Source: a virus (Duplodnaviria > Caudoviricetes). From it: 30,978 bases of DNA. The notes under the pieces are model-generated. The model did no database searches, was not told the DNA's origin, and saw only the letters and a list, made by a program, of their open reading frames with translations. The stretch lies in IMG/VR virus record IMGVR_UViG_3300048856_000116, positions 1 to 30,978 of that record. One strand, given 5' to 3'. How positions within the stretch are numbered: the stretch's first letter is position 1; the number at the start of each line of letters is the position of its first letter. Shown here piece by piece: positions 16,532 to 26,048 of this stretch. The position numbers and the translations under genes were made by a program.

Positions 16532-17118
16532 GACCACACCCGAAACGGCGACAGCAACGCCTCCACCGCGAACGGCAGCTGCGCCGGCGCGCCGTCCTCG
16601 GCGACATTGGACCGGAACGCGAACCACTGCCCGACCAGCAGCAGGATCGCGTGCCGGATCGGTGCCGGGGCATCGTTGACCATGGTGGCGGCCTCGCCGT
16701 CCCCCTCCATTCGGCCGTAGCCGGCGAGATAGCGAACCTTGACAGCGTCGGTGAAGACGCCGGTCGCCGGCCAGGCCGCACCGCCGACGACGCTGAGGAC
16801 ACGCCCCGTCAGACCGTAGGTCTCAGCCGGCACCACCGCTTGGACGCCGGAGGCATCGCGGTAGCGAACCTCGACGATCGAGATCACGGGCAGGATCGGC
16901 AGCATGAAGGCGGAACAGAACCGCTCGAGCGAGACCTCCAGCGTCTGCACGCCGAGCGCTCGTCCAAGCCAGCCGTCCGGCCCCTCGATCCAGCCCTGAG
17001 CCGCGGCGATCAAGCCCTCGACATACGTCTGCTCCTCGTCACCATCGAGACGCAGGTGCGCCTTGGCCTCTTCCCATGTCACGATCGGCTCTGGCGGCGT
17101 GATGACGACGACGCGCAT
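16528..17118 (-). CDS. Head-tail connector (gp6-like)
   Basis: EEAKAHLRLD, AILLLVGQWF..R, LPFAVEALLSPFR. Confidence 0.9.
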   Translation of the reverse strand: MRVVVITPPEPIVTWEEAKAHLRLDGDEEQTYVEGLIAAAQGWIEGPDGWLGRALGVQTLEVSLERFCSAFMLPILPVISIVEVRYRDASGVQAVVPAETYGLTGRVLSVVGGAAWPATGVFTDAVKVRYLAGYGRMEGDGEAATMVNDAPAPIRHAILLLVGQWFAFRSNVAEDGAPAQLPFAVEALLSPFRVWS

Positions 17119-17120
17119 GG

Positions 17121-17324
17121 TCAGTCCTTGGCCTTGTCGTCAGCCTTCGGCTTTGCCTCGACCTTCGGCTTGTCGGCTTCCTTCTTCGGAGTCGAAACCT
17201 TGATCTCGCGCAGGAACCCTCGCGCAATATGTTCCTTCGCGCGGACGTCGGTCATCTCGACCTTGGCGCCGCGCCTGATGTTAGTGTTGCCGAACCGGAA
17301 GGTGCGGAGTGCCGTGAGGTTCAT
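17121..17324 (-). CDS. Small basic hypothetical protein after capsid
   Basis: 67 aa with a Lys-rich tail. Confidence 0.7.
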   Translation of the reverse strand: MNLTALRTFRFGNTNIRRGAKVEMTDVRAKEHIARGFLREIKVSTPKKEADKPKVEAKPKADDKAKD

Positions 17325-17340
17325 GGATCATCGCCCTTAC

Positions 17341-17373
17341 AAGAGAAAGGGCCGCCCCAGTGTGGAGCGGCCC
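17341..17373 (-). terminator. Terminator after the major capsid gene
   Basis: - strand GGGCCGCTCCA-CAC-TGGGGCGGCCC-TTTCTCTT. Confidence 0.75.
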
Positions 17374-17381
17374 ATACTGAT

Positions 17382-18590
17382 TTACGGGGTCGGGACCGTG
17401 AACGGCCCGGTGACGAACGCTTCGGGCCGCTTGACGGCGAGCGCCAGGCGCTCCTCGCAGCGGATCGAGATCATGTTCTTCTCGAAGTCATCGACGTTCT
17501 CAGTCGACACGACCACATTGGCATCCTCGCGATCGAAGATCTGCGCCGCCGTCTGGAACGCGCCGGTCAGGAACTCGCCTTCGAACTCCGGCGCCTCGGT
17601 TGCAACCACCGGAAGCCCCCAGAGGGTCGGACCGATGAGGCTCTGAGGATTGCCGATGATGTACCGGCCAAGGGTGTCCTTGGTTAGCTCGATCTTCGCC
17701 CAGTCGATGAAGTGGATGACGAAGCCGGTCGCCGGAAGGCGGGCAAGCTGCGTCTGCAGCATCGCAAGGCGCAGATCGTCGATCGGCGTCTGCGCGTCCA
17801 CGACGAACGCCGGGTCGTAGGCCTGCGCCTGGGGAACAATGCCCTCCAAATGGCCACCAAGGCCGGTGCCAAACAGGATCTCCTGCTCTTCCACGTACTT
17901 GAGACCGTAGCGCATCTCGGCGTCGATCATCGACTGGAGCTGCGCGAAGTCGTCGAGGATCTGCTTCGACGCCTTGAACATGTGCGCGATCGTGGCGACC
18001 GGCGTGATCTTGGTCGCGAAGTCGATGTCGGAATACGGCTTAGCAGTGCCTTCCGTGGCAATCACCGCGGCCGCGTTCGTAAAGCCGGTCTGCTGGACCC
18101 AGAAGATGGCAGGAGAAGTAGTGCGGCCCGGTGCGATCAGGTCCCGGATGAAGAGCCGCTGCTTCGGCGAAACGTCAATGCCGGCGAGACGCTGAGGCTC
18201 AACGACGCCGGTTGCGATGTCGGTGCTGATGACGTTCTTGACCGGAGCGCTGATGCTCTTGCCGCGGCCAAGACTGGACGTGATGCCCTTGATCGCCTCG
18301 TTCTCGACAACCTGCTGGCCGAAGGACTTCGGACGATCGGCACCGCTGCCGCCGCGACGGGCGCCGCTCTGCTCGACTTCGCCAAGGCGGGCCGTCAGAT
18401 TCTCGACAGTGGTCGCGAGCGTGTTGTGGGTCGTCGCCAGCTTGTCGACTTCGGTCTTGGTCGCCTCGGAGATCTTACCGAAGTTCTTGACCTCGCCGAG
18501 GCATTCCTCCGCCTTCTTCGAGAAGTCCGAAGAGACGCGCACGAGTTCGTTGGAGACCTCCGAAAGGAGCTCCTGGGTGGTCTTGGACAT
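17382..18590 (-). CDS. Major capsid protein, HK97 fold
   Basis: N-terminal coiled-coil delta domain; IRDLI, EG.AKP.SD, SKQILDD, IRCEERLALAVKRPEAFV. Confidence 0.95.
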   Translation of the reverse strand: MSKTTQELLSEVSNELVRVSSDFSKKAEECLGEVKNFGKISEATKTEVDKLATTHNTLATTVENLTARLGEVEQSGARRGGSGADRPKSFGQQVVENEAIKGITSSLGRGKSISAPVKNVISTDIATGVVEPQRLAGIDVSPKQRLFIRDLIAPGRTTSPAIFWVQQTGFTNAAAVIATEGTAKPYSDIDFATKITPVATIAHMFKASKQILDDFAQLQSMIDAEMRYGLKYVEEQEILFGTGLGGHLEGIVPQAQAYDPAFVVDAQTPIDDLRLAMLQTQLARLPATGFVIHFIDWAKIELTKDTLGRYIIGNPQSLIGPTLWGLPVVATEAPEFEGEFLTGAFQTAAQIFDREDANVVVSTENVDDFEKNMISIRCEERLALAVKRPEAFVTGPFTVPTP

Positions 18591-18607
18591 GGGAGTGGTT
18601 CCGTTCT

Positions 18608-19471
18608 TTACGCCCGCGCGAGCTTCAGTCGCGCCAGTGCGAGGGACAGGTCCGTGCTGTCTTCGACAGCGGCTTCACCAGCGCCCGGCTTGGTGTGATC
18701 GATGGCAGCGCTCGGCATGCCCTCGACAATTTCCTTCATCAGCTTGCGGCGCTCGGAGCGCGGCACAGGCTTCCCGGCGGACAGCGCCGCCTCAAGTCGG
18801 TAGAGAGCGGTCGTCGAATTGCTGACCGTCGCCGGCTCTACCTCGAAATCTGCCGTGCTGTCGGCAAAGCCCCTGTCGACGGCGCCCTGCCCCGCAAGCC
18901 ATGTCTCGGCATCGAGCATCGCCTTGACTGCATCGACATCGAGGCCGGTGCGTTCGGCGTACATCTCGGCCGCGGCCTGATCGAACACCGACATGATCTC
19001 CGACGTCTCGCTCATCACGTGCCGGTCGCCGGCTGCAACCCACTGCGTGTTGTGGATCATCATGAAGCCGAGCTTGGCGATCTGGATCTCGTCAGCCGCC
19101 ATCGCGATCACCGACGCGGCCGAAGCCGCGATGCCGAGGATCTGCACCGTCACCTTGGACGGGTGCGCCCGAAGCATGTTGTAGATCGTCACGCCCTCGA
19201 AGAAGTCGCCGCCAGGGGAATTGATCTGCACCGTGACCGGCTTGTCGCCGATGGAACGGAGCGCAGCGGCGACGCGCTTGGCGGTGACGCCGTCGCCCGT
19301 CCAGAAGTCGTATCCGATCACGTCGAGGATGGAGATCACGTCGGAGCCGTCCGCGGCGGCTGCGCGTGGCGCCTCGATCGGCGTATACATCCTGGCGGAT
19401 TTCTCCGTCAGATGGATGGAGCCTGTTAGCCCATCCGGGCAGCGAAGCTCCGGGATTGTGCGAAGGCTCAT
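18608..19471 (-). CDS. Head maturation protease, ClpP-related
   Basis: INSPGGD, AASAASVIAMA, MMIHN, AETWL..GFAD. Confidence 0.93.
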   Translation of the reverse strand: MSLRTIPELRCPDGLTGSIHLTEKSARMYTPIEAPRAAAADGSDVISILDVIGYDFWTGDGVTAKRVAAALRSIGDKPVTVQINSPGGDFFEGVTIYNMLRAHPSKVTVQILGIAASAASVIAMAADEIQIAKLGFMMIHNTQWVAAGDRHVMSETSEIMSVFDQAAAEMYAERTGLDVDAVKAMLDAETWLAGQGAVDRGFADSTADFEVEPATVSNSTTALYRLEAALSAGKPVPRSERRKLMKEIVEGMPSAAIDHTKPGAGEAAVEDSTDLSLALARLKLARA

Positions 19472-20679
19472 TTCTGGTTCTCCTGTGCCGCCGCGTCGGC
19501 CTGATCGATCGGCACGTTCTGCATCTGCGTGCGGATCTCATCGCCGCCAGACACGGGCTCGTCACCCTCCAGACGGCGCACCTGGTTGATGGTCTTGAAT
19601 CCGGCCCGGATCGCAATCTCGTGCGCCTCGTAACGGGCTTTGGTATCCGACCGCAGAAGGTCCTCGTAATTGAATTTCACAGCGAACCGCAGGCGCTCTT
19701 CCGGCGTCATGATGCGCTTGGTAATGGCCTGCTCGATCCGCTTCAGACGGTTGCGAAGGCTGAGGTTCAGCCAGTTCTGCATGATCGCAGAGACGCCCGT
19801 TCCCCACATGGTCTGACCTTCAGCGGCATGGCCGACGAGGATAGGGGGCAGGCCGAGCCAGCGGCAGACGTCCTCGACGTTAAAGCGCCGGTTCAGGATC
19901 ATTTCGGCGTCACGCATCGACAGGCTGATGGCCTTGAAGTCCATCCCGCCTTCGAGAACCATCGCCCACGGCGCGTTCGACCCGCTGTTGGCCTCGACGA
20001 ACCGCTTGCGGGCGTCCTCCCGCTGCTCTGGCGTAAGCTTGCTGCCCGCCGGCATCATGAAGAATCCCTTGGACCGGAGGCCCTTCGAAAACGCCTGCCC
20101 CGCCATCTTCTCGGTCGCAATCGTCAGGCTGAGCGTCTGGCGCGCATACTCGACAGGAGAGAAACCGACATCACCTTCCCCGAAGGCCTTGAGGTGGAAG
20201 ACCTTATCCGCCGGCAGAACGATCTCCTTGCCGCGGTCCTGAAAGCGGTACTCGAGTTTGTTCTGCTGGTTGCGGCGAACCGCCGTATCCGATGGCATAG
20301 GGTTGAGTGCAACGAGGCGCCCGCCGGTATAGGCCTTCTCTGCGAAGGCGTTGCCTGTGGTGCAGAGGCCTAGAACACGCTCTTCCCAGAACTCGATCGC
20401 CGTCTGGTCAGCGTTCGGGCTTTCGTCCAGCAAGACCTGCAGAGGATGATCGGCAACCCGAACCTTCACGCCGTCCGACCGCTTCTCCATGACGTCGAGC
20501 GAGAGGCTGGCGACGGTCTCGGCCGTCACGCGGGCGCCCGCCCAGAAGGCCGAAAGGTTGAGCGCGCCTTTGACCGTGACGCTCTCTCCAGCCCACGTGT
20601 CGCCACCGCCGAAATAGTCGTAGAGGGCGCCATCGCGCGCCGTCATGCGGTTGCCGAACCATCGGCTCCAAATGCTCAT
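19468..20679 (-). CDS. Portal protein, HK97 family
   Basis: HPL..LL..SPN..QT..EFWE, GFSPV, LEGGMDF, TINQVRRLE. Confidence 0.95.
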   Translation of the reverse strand: MSIWSRWFGNRMTARDGALYDYFGGGDTWAGESVTVKGALNLSAFWAGARVTAETVASLSLDVMEKRSDGVKVRVADHPLQVLLDESPNADQTAIEFWEERVLGLCTTGNAFAEKAYTGGRLVALNPMPSDTAVRRNQQNKLEYRFQDRGKEIVLPADKVFHLKAFGEGDVGFSPVEYARQTLSLTIATEKMAGQAFSKGLRSKGFFMMPAGSKLTPEQREDARKRFVEANSGSNAPWAMVLEGGMDFKAISLSMRDAEMILNRRFNVEDVCRWLGLPPILVGHAAEGQTMWGTGVSAIMQNWLNLSLRNRLKRIEQAITKRIMTPEERLRFAVKFNYEDLLRSDTKARYEAHEIAIRAGFKTINQVRRLEGDEPVSGGDEIRTQMQNVPIDQADAAAQENQK

Positions 20680-22217
20680 CAGGCGCTCACAACGTTGGCG
20701 AAGATATCAGACCAGTCCATCGATCCGCCTCCGTCTTCCAAAGGCATCGTGCCGGCGGCCATGGTCAGCGCGACCATGCCGTCGATCCGGCCACTCGATT
20801 TCGCCTTGTCCAGCTTGCGGTTCCCCGCCGGGTCGGAGTGCACCACGGCATTCGCCGCGCACATCGTCAGCACCGGATGCATACCGTGCCGAACCTTGCC
20901 ACCGAGCAGCGCCACTTCAAGCTCGCGCATTGCCGGCGTCATGCTCTGGTAGCCTTGGCCAAACTCGACGAACCGCTCCAGCTCTTCTTCGCTGAAACCT
21001 GCCTTCACCAGCCATGGCCGGAGGTACTTGAAGCCCCAGCGATCAAACGCGAGCTTGCGAATGTCGTAACGGTTGAAGACCCCGCGAAGGTACTCGGCGA
21101 GGTATTCGTACTCGATCGCCTTGCCCGGCGTTGTCTCCAGAAACCCTTCGGAATTCCAGACATCGTATGGAACACGATCGGCGCGCGCCTTGTCCCTGAG
21201 CCCATCAGCAGGAAGCCAGAACGTCGGGTGGACGTGCCAGGCGCTTTCCCCCTGCCCTACCAAAACCAGCGCCGTCAGATCGTTGACCGACGAAAGATCA
21301 AGACCGCCGTAAACCGGCAGGTCTCCGAGAGGATCAGGCTTCGCCCCGCATGACGACCAAAGCGTCCGCGAGACGAATGGCGATGACGCCTCGACCCTCT
21401 GGTTTAGGAAGAGCCATCGGAAACTCTGCTCCGCTGTCGGCGAGCGCATTGCCCGTTCTGCGTAATCCTCCAGATCCGGGATCGATCGGAATTCGCCCAT
21501 GGCCGGGTTAGCGGCGAGCCACGCTTTCCTGTCGTCGAGGCCGCAATCATCCGGCGCCGCGTAGAGATGCGAGACGATGCGCGGGTCTTTCGACTTCGCC
21601 GCGTCGTCCAGCCACCGGGAGAACAAATCGCCGTCAGTGGCCGCCTGTGTCGATATGGCGATGAGGATCGGCGCGTCATGTGCGCCTTGCGCCGTCTCGA
21701 TCGCCTCCACGAACGCGTCTTGCGGCCCCTTCACCTGTCCAACCTCGTCGAGGATCGCCAGGATGGGGGACAAACCGTGCGCCGTCCCGGCCTCTGCCGA
21801 GATCGCTTTATACTCGACGTTCATCGTTAGGCCGACCAGCGTCTTGCTGCTGGGGATCGGCTTGATGATCTTGATCAGATCGGGGTTCAGCCGGGCCATC
21901 TTCTCGGCCAACTTGAACACCAACGCAGCCTGATCGCGGGATCGAGCGCCGGAAATGATCTGCGAATTGAGCTTTGCCTCCGGCCCGACGAGATGCGCCA
22001 GGACGATGCAGGCAATCAGGCCGGTCTTTCCGTTCTTGCGCGCGATGGAGAGATAGGCGCGCGATGTCCCCGCGGGGTTGTCGTAGATGTCGAGGATGAA
22101 CTGGCGCTGGAAGGGCAGAAGCTTCAGCGGCTTCCCAACGTGCTTCCCCTCGGGGACACGGCAGTAAGCATGGATGAATTTGCAGACCCGTTCGCCCCGC
22201 GTCAGAGGCGTTGCCAT
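20679..22217 (-). CDS. terL: Terminase large subunit
   Basis: Walker A ARKNGKT, Walker B AILDE, nuclease GGLDLS and RIDGMVA. Confidence 0.96.
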   Translation of the reverse strand: MATPLTRGERVCKFIHAYCRVPEGKHVGKPLKLLPFQRQFILDIYDNPAGTSRAYLSIARKNGKTGLIACIVLAHLVGPEAKLNSQIISGARSRDQAALVFKLAEKMARLNPDLIKIIKPIPSSKTLVGLTMNVEYKAISAEAGTAHGLSPILAILDEVGQVKGPQDAFVEAIETAQGAHDAPILIAISTQAATDGDLFSRWLDDAAKSKDPRIVSHLYAAPDDCGLDDRKAWLAANPAMGEFRSIPDLEDYAERAMRSPTAEQSFRWLFLNQRVEASSPFVSRTLWSSCGAKPDPLGDLPVYGGLDLSSVNDLTALVLVGQGESAWHVHPTFWLPADGLRDKARADRVPYDVWNSEGFLETTPGKAIEYEYLAEYLRGVFNRYDIRKLAFDRWGFKYLRPWLVKAGFSEEELERFVEFGQGYQSMTPAMRELEVALLGGKVRHGMHPVLTMCAANAVVHSDPAGNRKLDKAKSSGRIDGMVALTMAAGTMPLEDGGGSMDWSDIFANVVSA

Positions 22218-22690
22218 CAGTTAGGCCGAGCGATCAGGTCGTCGTCGAGCGGATTGTCGGCTTCCAGTTCCCTCGCCTGTTCACGGCGCCTTCCGACATC
22301 CCGAGCCTCGCCGCCTTGCGCGCGCGCGTGAAGCGACAAGGAACGGCGCATGGAAAGGATCGTGCCGGCGTGCATCTGCACGACTGACTTTCGCGGGTTG
22401 ACGACCGGCGTTCCCTTCTCGGTGGTCATCACCGAACCCTCAGAGCGAAGCAGGCGCTGCTCACGCTCCATGTCGGACATCGTTCGCGACATCAACGCTG
22501 CGAGCTCCAGCTGATGGGCCGTCCACTCCGACCGCGCGAACTCTGCAATCACGCTTGCGAAGAATGGGAGATTATCGGCGTCAAGCGGCACATTCGAGGG
22601 GGGCTTGATCTGCTTCGATGCAGCGATCATCACCTCGACGGCACCCGTCGCGGAATCAATGCGCTGCCGTTTCGCGCGGGCTGCGGCCAT
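22217..22690 (-). CDS. terS: Terminase small subunit (P27-like)
   Basis: Directly upstream of terL; G.PVVNP motif. Confidence 0.85.
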   Translation of the reverse strand: MAAARAKRQRIDSATGAVEVMIAASKQIKPPSNVPLDADNLPFFASVIAEFARSEWTAHQLELAALMSRTMSDMEREQRLLRSEGSVMTTEKGTPVVNPRKSVVQMHAGTILSMRRSLSLHARAQGGEARDVGRRREQARELEADNPLDDDLIARPN

Positions 22691-22721
22691 GCCGAATTCC
22701 TGTGTTAGCGATGAAAGAAGA

Positions 22722-22740
22722 CTTGGACGCCGGTCCCAAG
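22722..22740. other. Candidate cos (cosN) site
   Basis: CTTGG-ACGCCGGTC-CCAAG dyad in the HNH-terS gap, where HK97-like phages carry cos. Confidence 0.4.
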
Positions 22741-22771
22741 GCGACGCCCCCCAGACATTTTAGGCCCCCCG

Positions 22772-23107
22772 TCACCTATTGAACGGGTGCTGCGGGTCCG
22801 CTGGGAAGCCGTCTTGCCCGATCGCCGTATCGAAGCCCTTGCGCTCGATGGACTGCTTGGCGCCGTCATGGTGCGGCTTGCATAGGGACTGGACGTTGAG
22901 GCTGTCGAAGAACAGGGAGTAGTCGCCCTTGTGAGGCTTCTTGTGATCGACGACGTTGGCGATGGTGATCCTGCCCTCTGTCTGGCACATGGCACACAGA
23001 GGTTCGATGGTAAGTTGATGGGCCCGGAGGGATCTCCACCTCTTGCCCTTGTAGAGCTTGCGATAGGCTTCTGCCTCTGGTGAGCGTTGGTAGCGTGTGC
23101 CCGTCAC
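22772..23107 (-). CDS. HNH endonuclease (terminase-associated, HK97 gp74-like)
   Basis: PLCAMC, VVDHKKPHKGD, NVQSLCKPHHD; GTG start 23107. Confidence 0.9.
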   Translation of the reverse strand: MTGTRYQRSPEAEAYRKLYKGKRWRSLRAHQLTIEPLCAMCQTEGRITIANVVDHKKPHKGDYSLFFDSLNVQSLCKPHHDGAKQSIERKGFDTAIGQDGFPADPQHPFNR

Positions 23108-23111
23108 GCGC

Positions 23112-23510
23112 TCAGCTCTTGCCACTTCCCGCCAGCGCCATGAGGTCCACGCCCGCCAGTCTTGCGTACCGTTGCAACGCGAGCACCACGGCCTCCTCTG
23201 CCTGCCAGTGCGGCCAGTACCTCCCGCTTGCCACGCCCGTGAGTGTCGGGCTGTGCGGTAGGCCGAGCCAGTGCGCGAGCAAGGCGTGCCCGATCTCATG
23301 GTCGCGGCTCATGGCGACGAGGTGATCCCAGGAGAGCGCTGCGTCGTCCTTGGCGTATCCGAGAGAGACGGCGCGGGCACGATCCTCAGCACTATCGCCG
23401 GGCCAGGCCTTCACGAACGAGCCGTCACCGAAGAGCGTGGTCGTCAGGCCTGACGTCTCCATTTCGATCTCAGAGCCGGCAAGGCGGAAGGTCTCAGGCG
23501 TCACGATCAT
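23112..23510 (-). CDS. Hypothetical protein with HExxH motif
   Basis: RBS AGGA before ATG 23510; DHEIGHALL...AEE. Confidence 0.7.
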   Translation of the reverse strand: MIVTPETFRLAGSEIEMETSGLTTTLFGDGSFVKAWPGDSAEDRARAVSLGYAKDDAALSWDHLVAMSRDHEIGHALLAHWLGLPHSPTLTGVASGRYWPHWQAEEAVVLALQRYARLAGVDLMALAGSGKS

Positions 23511-23570
23511 GTTTCCTACTGGCGCGGGTGCAACGCCGCTCCATCTCCTCCGATCTAACAGGAGGTTCAT

Positions 23571-23978
23571 ATGGCCAAAATCTCAATATTGCGCGCCGCT
23601 CTAGTTGGGCTGGTAGGTCTGGTCTGCACCGGTTGCGTCGGTGGCGGCGGATACGGAAACGGCTACTATGACCCCGGCTTCCGCAGAGGCGTCATCATCG
23701 ACTACGACAGAGACGTCCGCAGACATTCGCGTCACCACCGTGTGGTTCGATATGATCGGCGCGACCGATACCAGCGCCACCATCGGCGTCCGGGTCTCCA
23801 TAGGGGCGCCGACTTCCGGCGTGGACCAAACATCCGTCCCCGCCCTCATCTGAACCGCTCCGAGCGGGGCCATCGTCGTGAGCTGATCCGGTCGCACCGC
23901 GGACGTGACTTCCGCTCTGGGCCTCACAGATCATCTGATGGTCGCCGAGGAGGACGAATTCACATCCGCCGGGACTGA
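23571..23978 (+). CDS. Putative lipoprotein, Gly/Tyr then Arg/His-rich low complexity
   Basis: AGGAGG RBS; MAKISILRAALVGLVGLVCTG-C lipobox-like signal. Confidence 0.7.
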   Translation: MAKISILRAALVGLVGLVCTGCVGGGGYGNGYYDPGFRRGVIIDYDRDVRRHSRHHRVVRYDRRDRYQRHHRRPGLHRGADFRRGPNIRPRPHLNRSERGHRRELIRSHRGRDFRSGPHRSSDGRRGGRIHIRRD

Positions 23979-24068
23979 GCCGCCGTTCGCGCACCTGGTG
24001 TTGCCGGACTTCACAGGGGCGGCAGGGCATGGTGTGCTGCGATGCCTGGAATTTGCGAGACCGGACAG

Positions 24069-24320
24069 ATGCACGAGATCACGCTCTTCGTTGAAGCCAA
24101 CGGGCGGTGGCGGGCAGATGCCGTCATGAGCCCAAACCTAGAAGAGGCCATGGCGCAAACGGCGCCCCGCCTCATCGACTCTCGCCGGAACGCCCATCTT
24201 CAGCTTCGCCGAGGTGCTCGGGTTCTTGCTGAATATTCCTGGCAAATCGGCTGGGTGGCCGTCGAAGATGACGAGGATCAAGTACCGGCATCCAATCCGC
24301 AACTACGCCCAATGCGGTAA
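24069..24320 (+). CDS. Hypothetical protein (83 aa)
   Basis: MHEITLFVEANG...; protein-like composition, no motif recognised. Confidence 0.55.
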   Translation: MHEITLFVEANGRWRADAVMSPNLEEAMAQTAPRLIDSRRNAHLQLRRGARVLAEYSWQIGWVAVEDDEDQVPASNPQLRPMR

Positions 24321-24477
24321 GTCTGCTCCATGGTTTAGCTGGCCACCGCCTTCGCTTAGCTGCTGTGACAGTCGCTGGCTGCGCGATGGGTCGGCGGGCG
24401 AGTGGGCATGTACTCGCACCCTTCCCACAGCGCTTCGCCCATGCTTGTCTGTGCTACCAGCAATTGAGGAGACGGAT

Positions 24478-24684
24478 ATGCACGGCAACTGCCCAAAGTG
24501 CGAAAAAATGCTGGCGTACGTGAATATCGACACCGTTGACGGGAGGACCGGGATCGGCGGCTCCGTATGGAAGACGGCCATAATTACATGCCCACACTGC
24601 ACAACTGCTTTAGGCTCTCAGATTGACCCGATCGCGATCAAGACCGACATCATCAATGGACTGATGAAGCGGCTCGGCAAATAG
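24478..24684 (+). CDS. Small zinc-ribbon protein (68 aa)
   Basis: GAGGAG RBS; CPKC...CPHC; small hairpin GCCCA-GCTT-TGGGC after the stop. Confidence 0.8.
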   Translation: MHGNCPKCEKMLAYVNIDTVDGRTGIGGSVWKTAIITCPHCTTALGSQIDPIAIKTDIINGLMKRLGK

Positions 24685-25223
24685 GCCCAGCTTTGGGCCA
24701 TACGACATAGCAGTCGGCTTCTCTCGGGAGGACGATTGGAACGCCGGCCTGAAGTTCGAGGAAGACCGCGGCACTCGCTCGCCTCGGCCGTAACAAGCTG
24801 TTGCCTTCAAAGTCGGACTCGGCGGCCATTATCCCAGCTCGCTCAGAACTGGCGAAACGGTGAAACAGTCGACATAGAATGAGGCGGGATCATCCAACCG
24901 GAGATCAAATTTCAAATCGCCTTCCATCGAACGATCGGCGCGAACCGCCTTGAGCTTGTCGCTCGGCACAGCGCCATCACCGCCCTGTTCCTCGATGAGG
25001 ATCCGTTCCTCCTCATCGACGACCAGCGGAACGGCGCTGCCGAAAACCTGGTGACATTGCGTGAGTGGCGCCGGTCCTTGGTCTAGGCGCTGGGGTCGAT
25101 CGCCTGCTCGCTGCACAAAATGCGATATGGCGCATCATCTTGGTGAGCTGAGGCGCACTGAGCTTGCCGTTCTTCAGCCACACCCACGCCTATAGGTGGC
25201 CGATAACTCTTCAGGTGCGGCCA

Positions 25224-26021
25224 ATGTCATCCACTTTTTCGCACCTGTTCGTGATCCGCTCGGCGCTTCACCTAAGGCTATTTGTGGCAGCGGCCACCGC
25301 GCTGGTTGTCGGCTTCACGATGGCTATCGACGCCGTCATAAACACCTATTTTTCGCCCGAGCGAATGTGGCCATCCCTCCTCCAGGCATCGCTGATGTCG
25401 GCCGGGATTGGGGGCGTGTTCATCTTTCTGGCAGCGCAGGCAAACTACCGGCTCTATATTGCCAAACGGGAGTTCGAGCGACTCGCACGAAGCGATTTTC
25501 AGACCGGCCTGCTAAATCGTCGCGGCTTCTTTGAGGACGCCGGACGATGGGAAGACAGTGAACTGGGCGCATACCTCCTGATCGCGGACATCGACCATTT
25601 CAAGCGCATCAACGACGAGTTCGGACATCTTGTCGGCGATGAGGTCATTGCCGCAGTCGGGACCGCTATGAACGAAGATCTTTTCCGGCTTCACACCTGC
25701 GCGCGAGTAGGAGGCGAAGAATTCGCCATCATCCTTTCAGGCCTTTCGGCTTCTGCGGCCATGTCGCGGGCCGACCAGATCAGGTGGCGCATCATGAAGA
25801 GTATCGCTCGGAAAAATCTGGCGCCTAAAGCAGTGACAATCAGCATCGGCCTTTGCAGGATGGGGGGAAGAACCACCCTTGAAGCATACGGGCTTGCCGA
25901 CAGGGCTTTGTATCAGGCGAAAAAGGCTGGCAGAAACTGCTGCGTGATGGCCTCTGCTGATCAGATCCTAGGTGATCCTGGCGGCGGAAAGGGTCCAGAC
26001 ACCCTTGGGATCTTGGCTTAG
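25224..26021 (+). CDS. Membrane-anchored GGDEF diguanylate cyclase
   Basis: Two TM helices; DFQTGLLNRR, DIDHFKRINDEFGHLVGD, RVGGEEF, TISIG, ADRALYQAKKAGRN. Confidence 0.95.
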   Translation: MSSTFSHLFVIRSALHLRLFVAAATALVVGFTMAIDAVINTYFSPERMWPSLLQASLMSAGIGGVFIFLAAQANYRLYIAKREFERLARSDFQTGLLNRRGFFEDAGRWEDSELGAYLLIADIDHFKRINDEFGHLVGDEVIAAVGTAMNEDLFRLHTCARVGGEEFAIILSGLSASAAMSRADQIRWRIMKSIARKNLAPKAVTISIGLCRMGGRTTLEAYGLADRALYQAKKAGRNCCVMASADQILGDPGGGKGPDTLGILA

Positions 26022-26048
26022 CGGCTTGGATTACCGGATCTGTGGCGG

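Noticed and set aside
782-22000. Many long + strand ORFs (e.g. 782-1867, 4065-5318, 8001-8942, 17712-18698, 19366-20373)
   Set aside because: Antisense shadows of high-GC phage genes with no motifs
10026-22217. Gene transfer agent rather than prophage
   Set aside because: Integrase, repressor, replication origin and HNH/cos-type packaging indicate a self-replicating temperate phage
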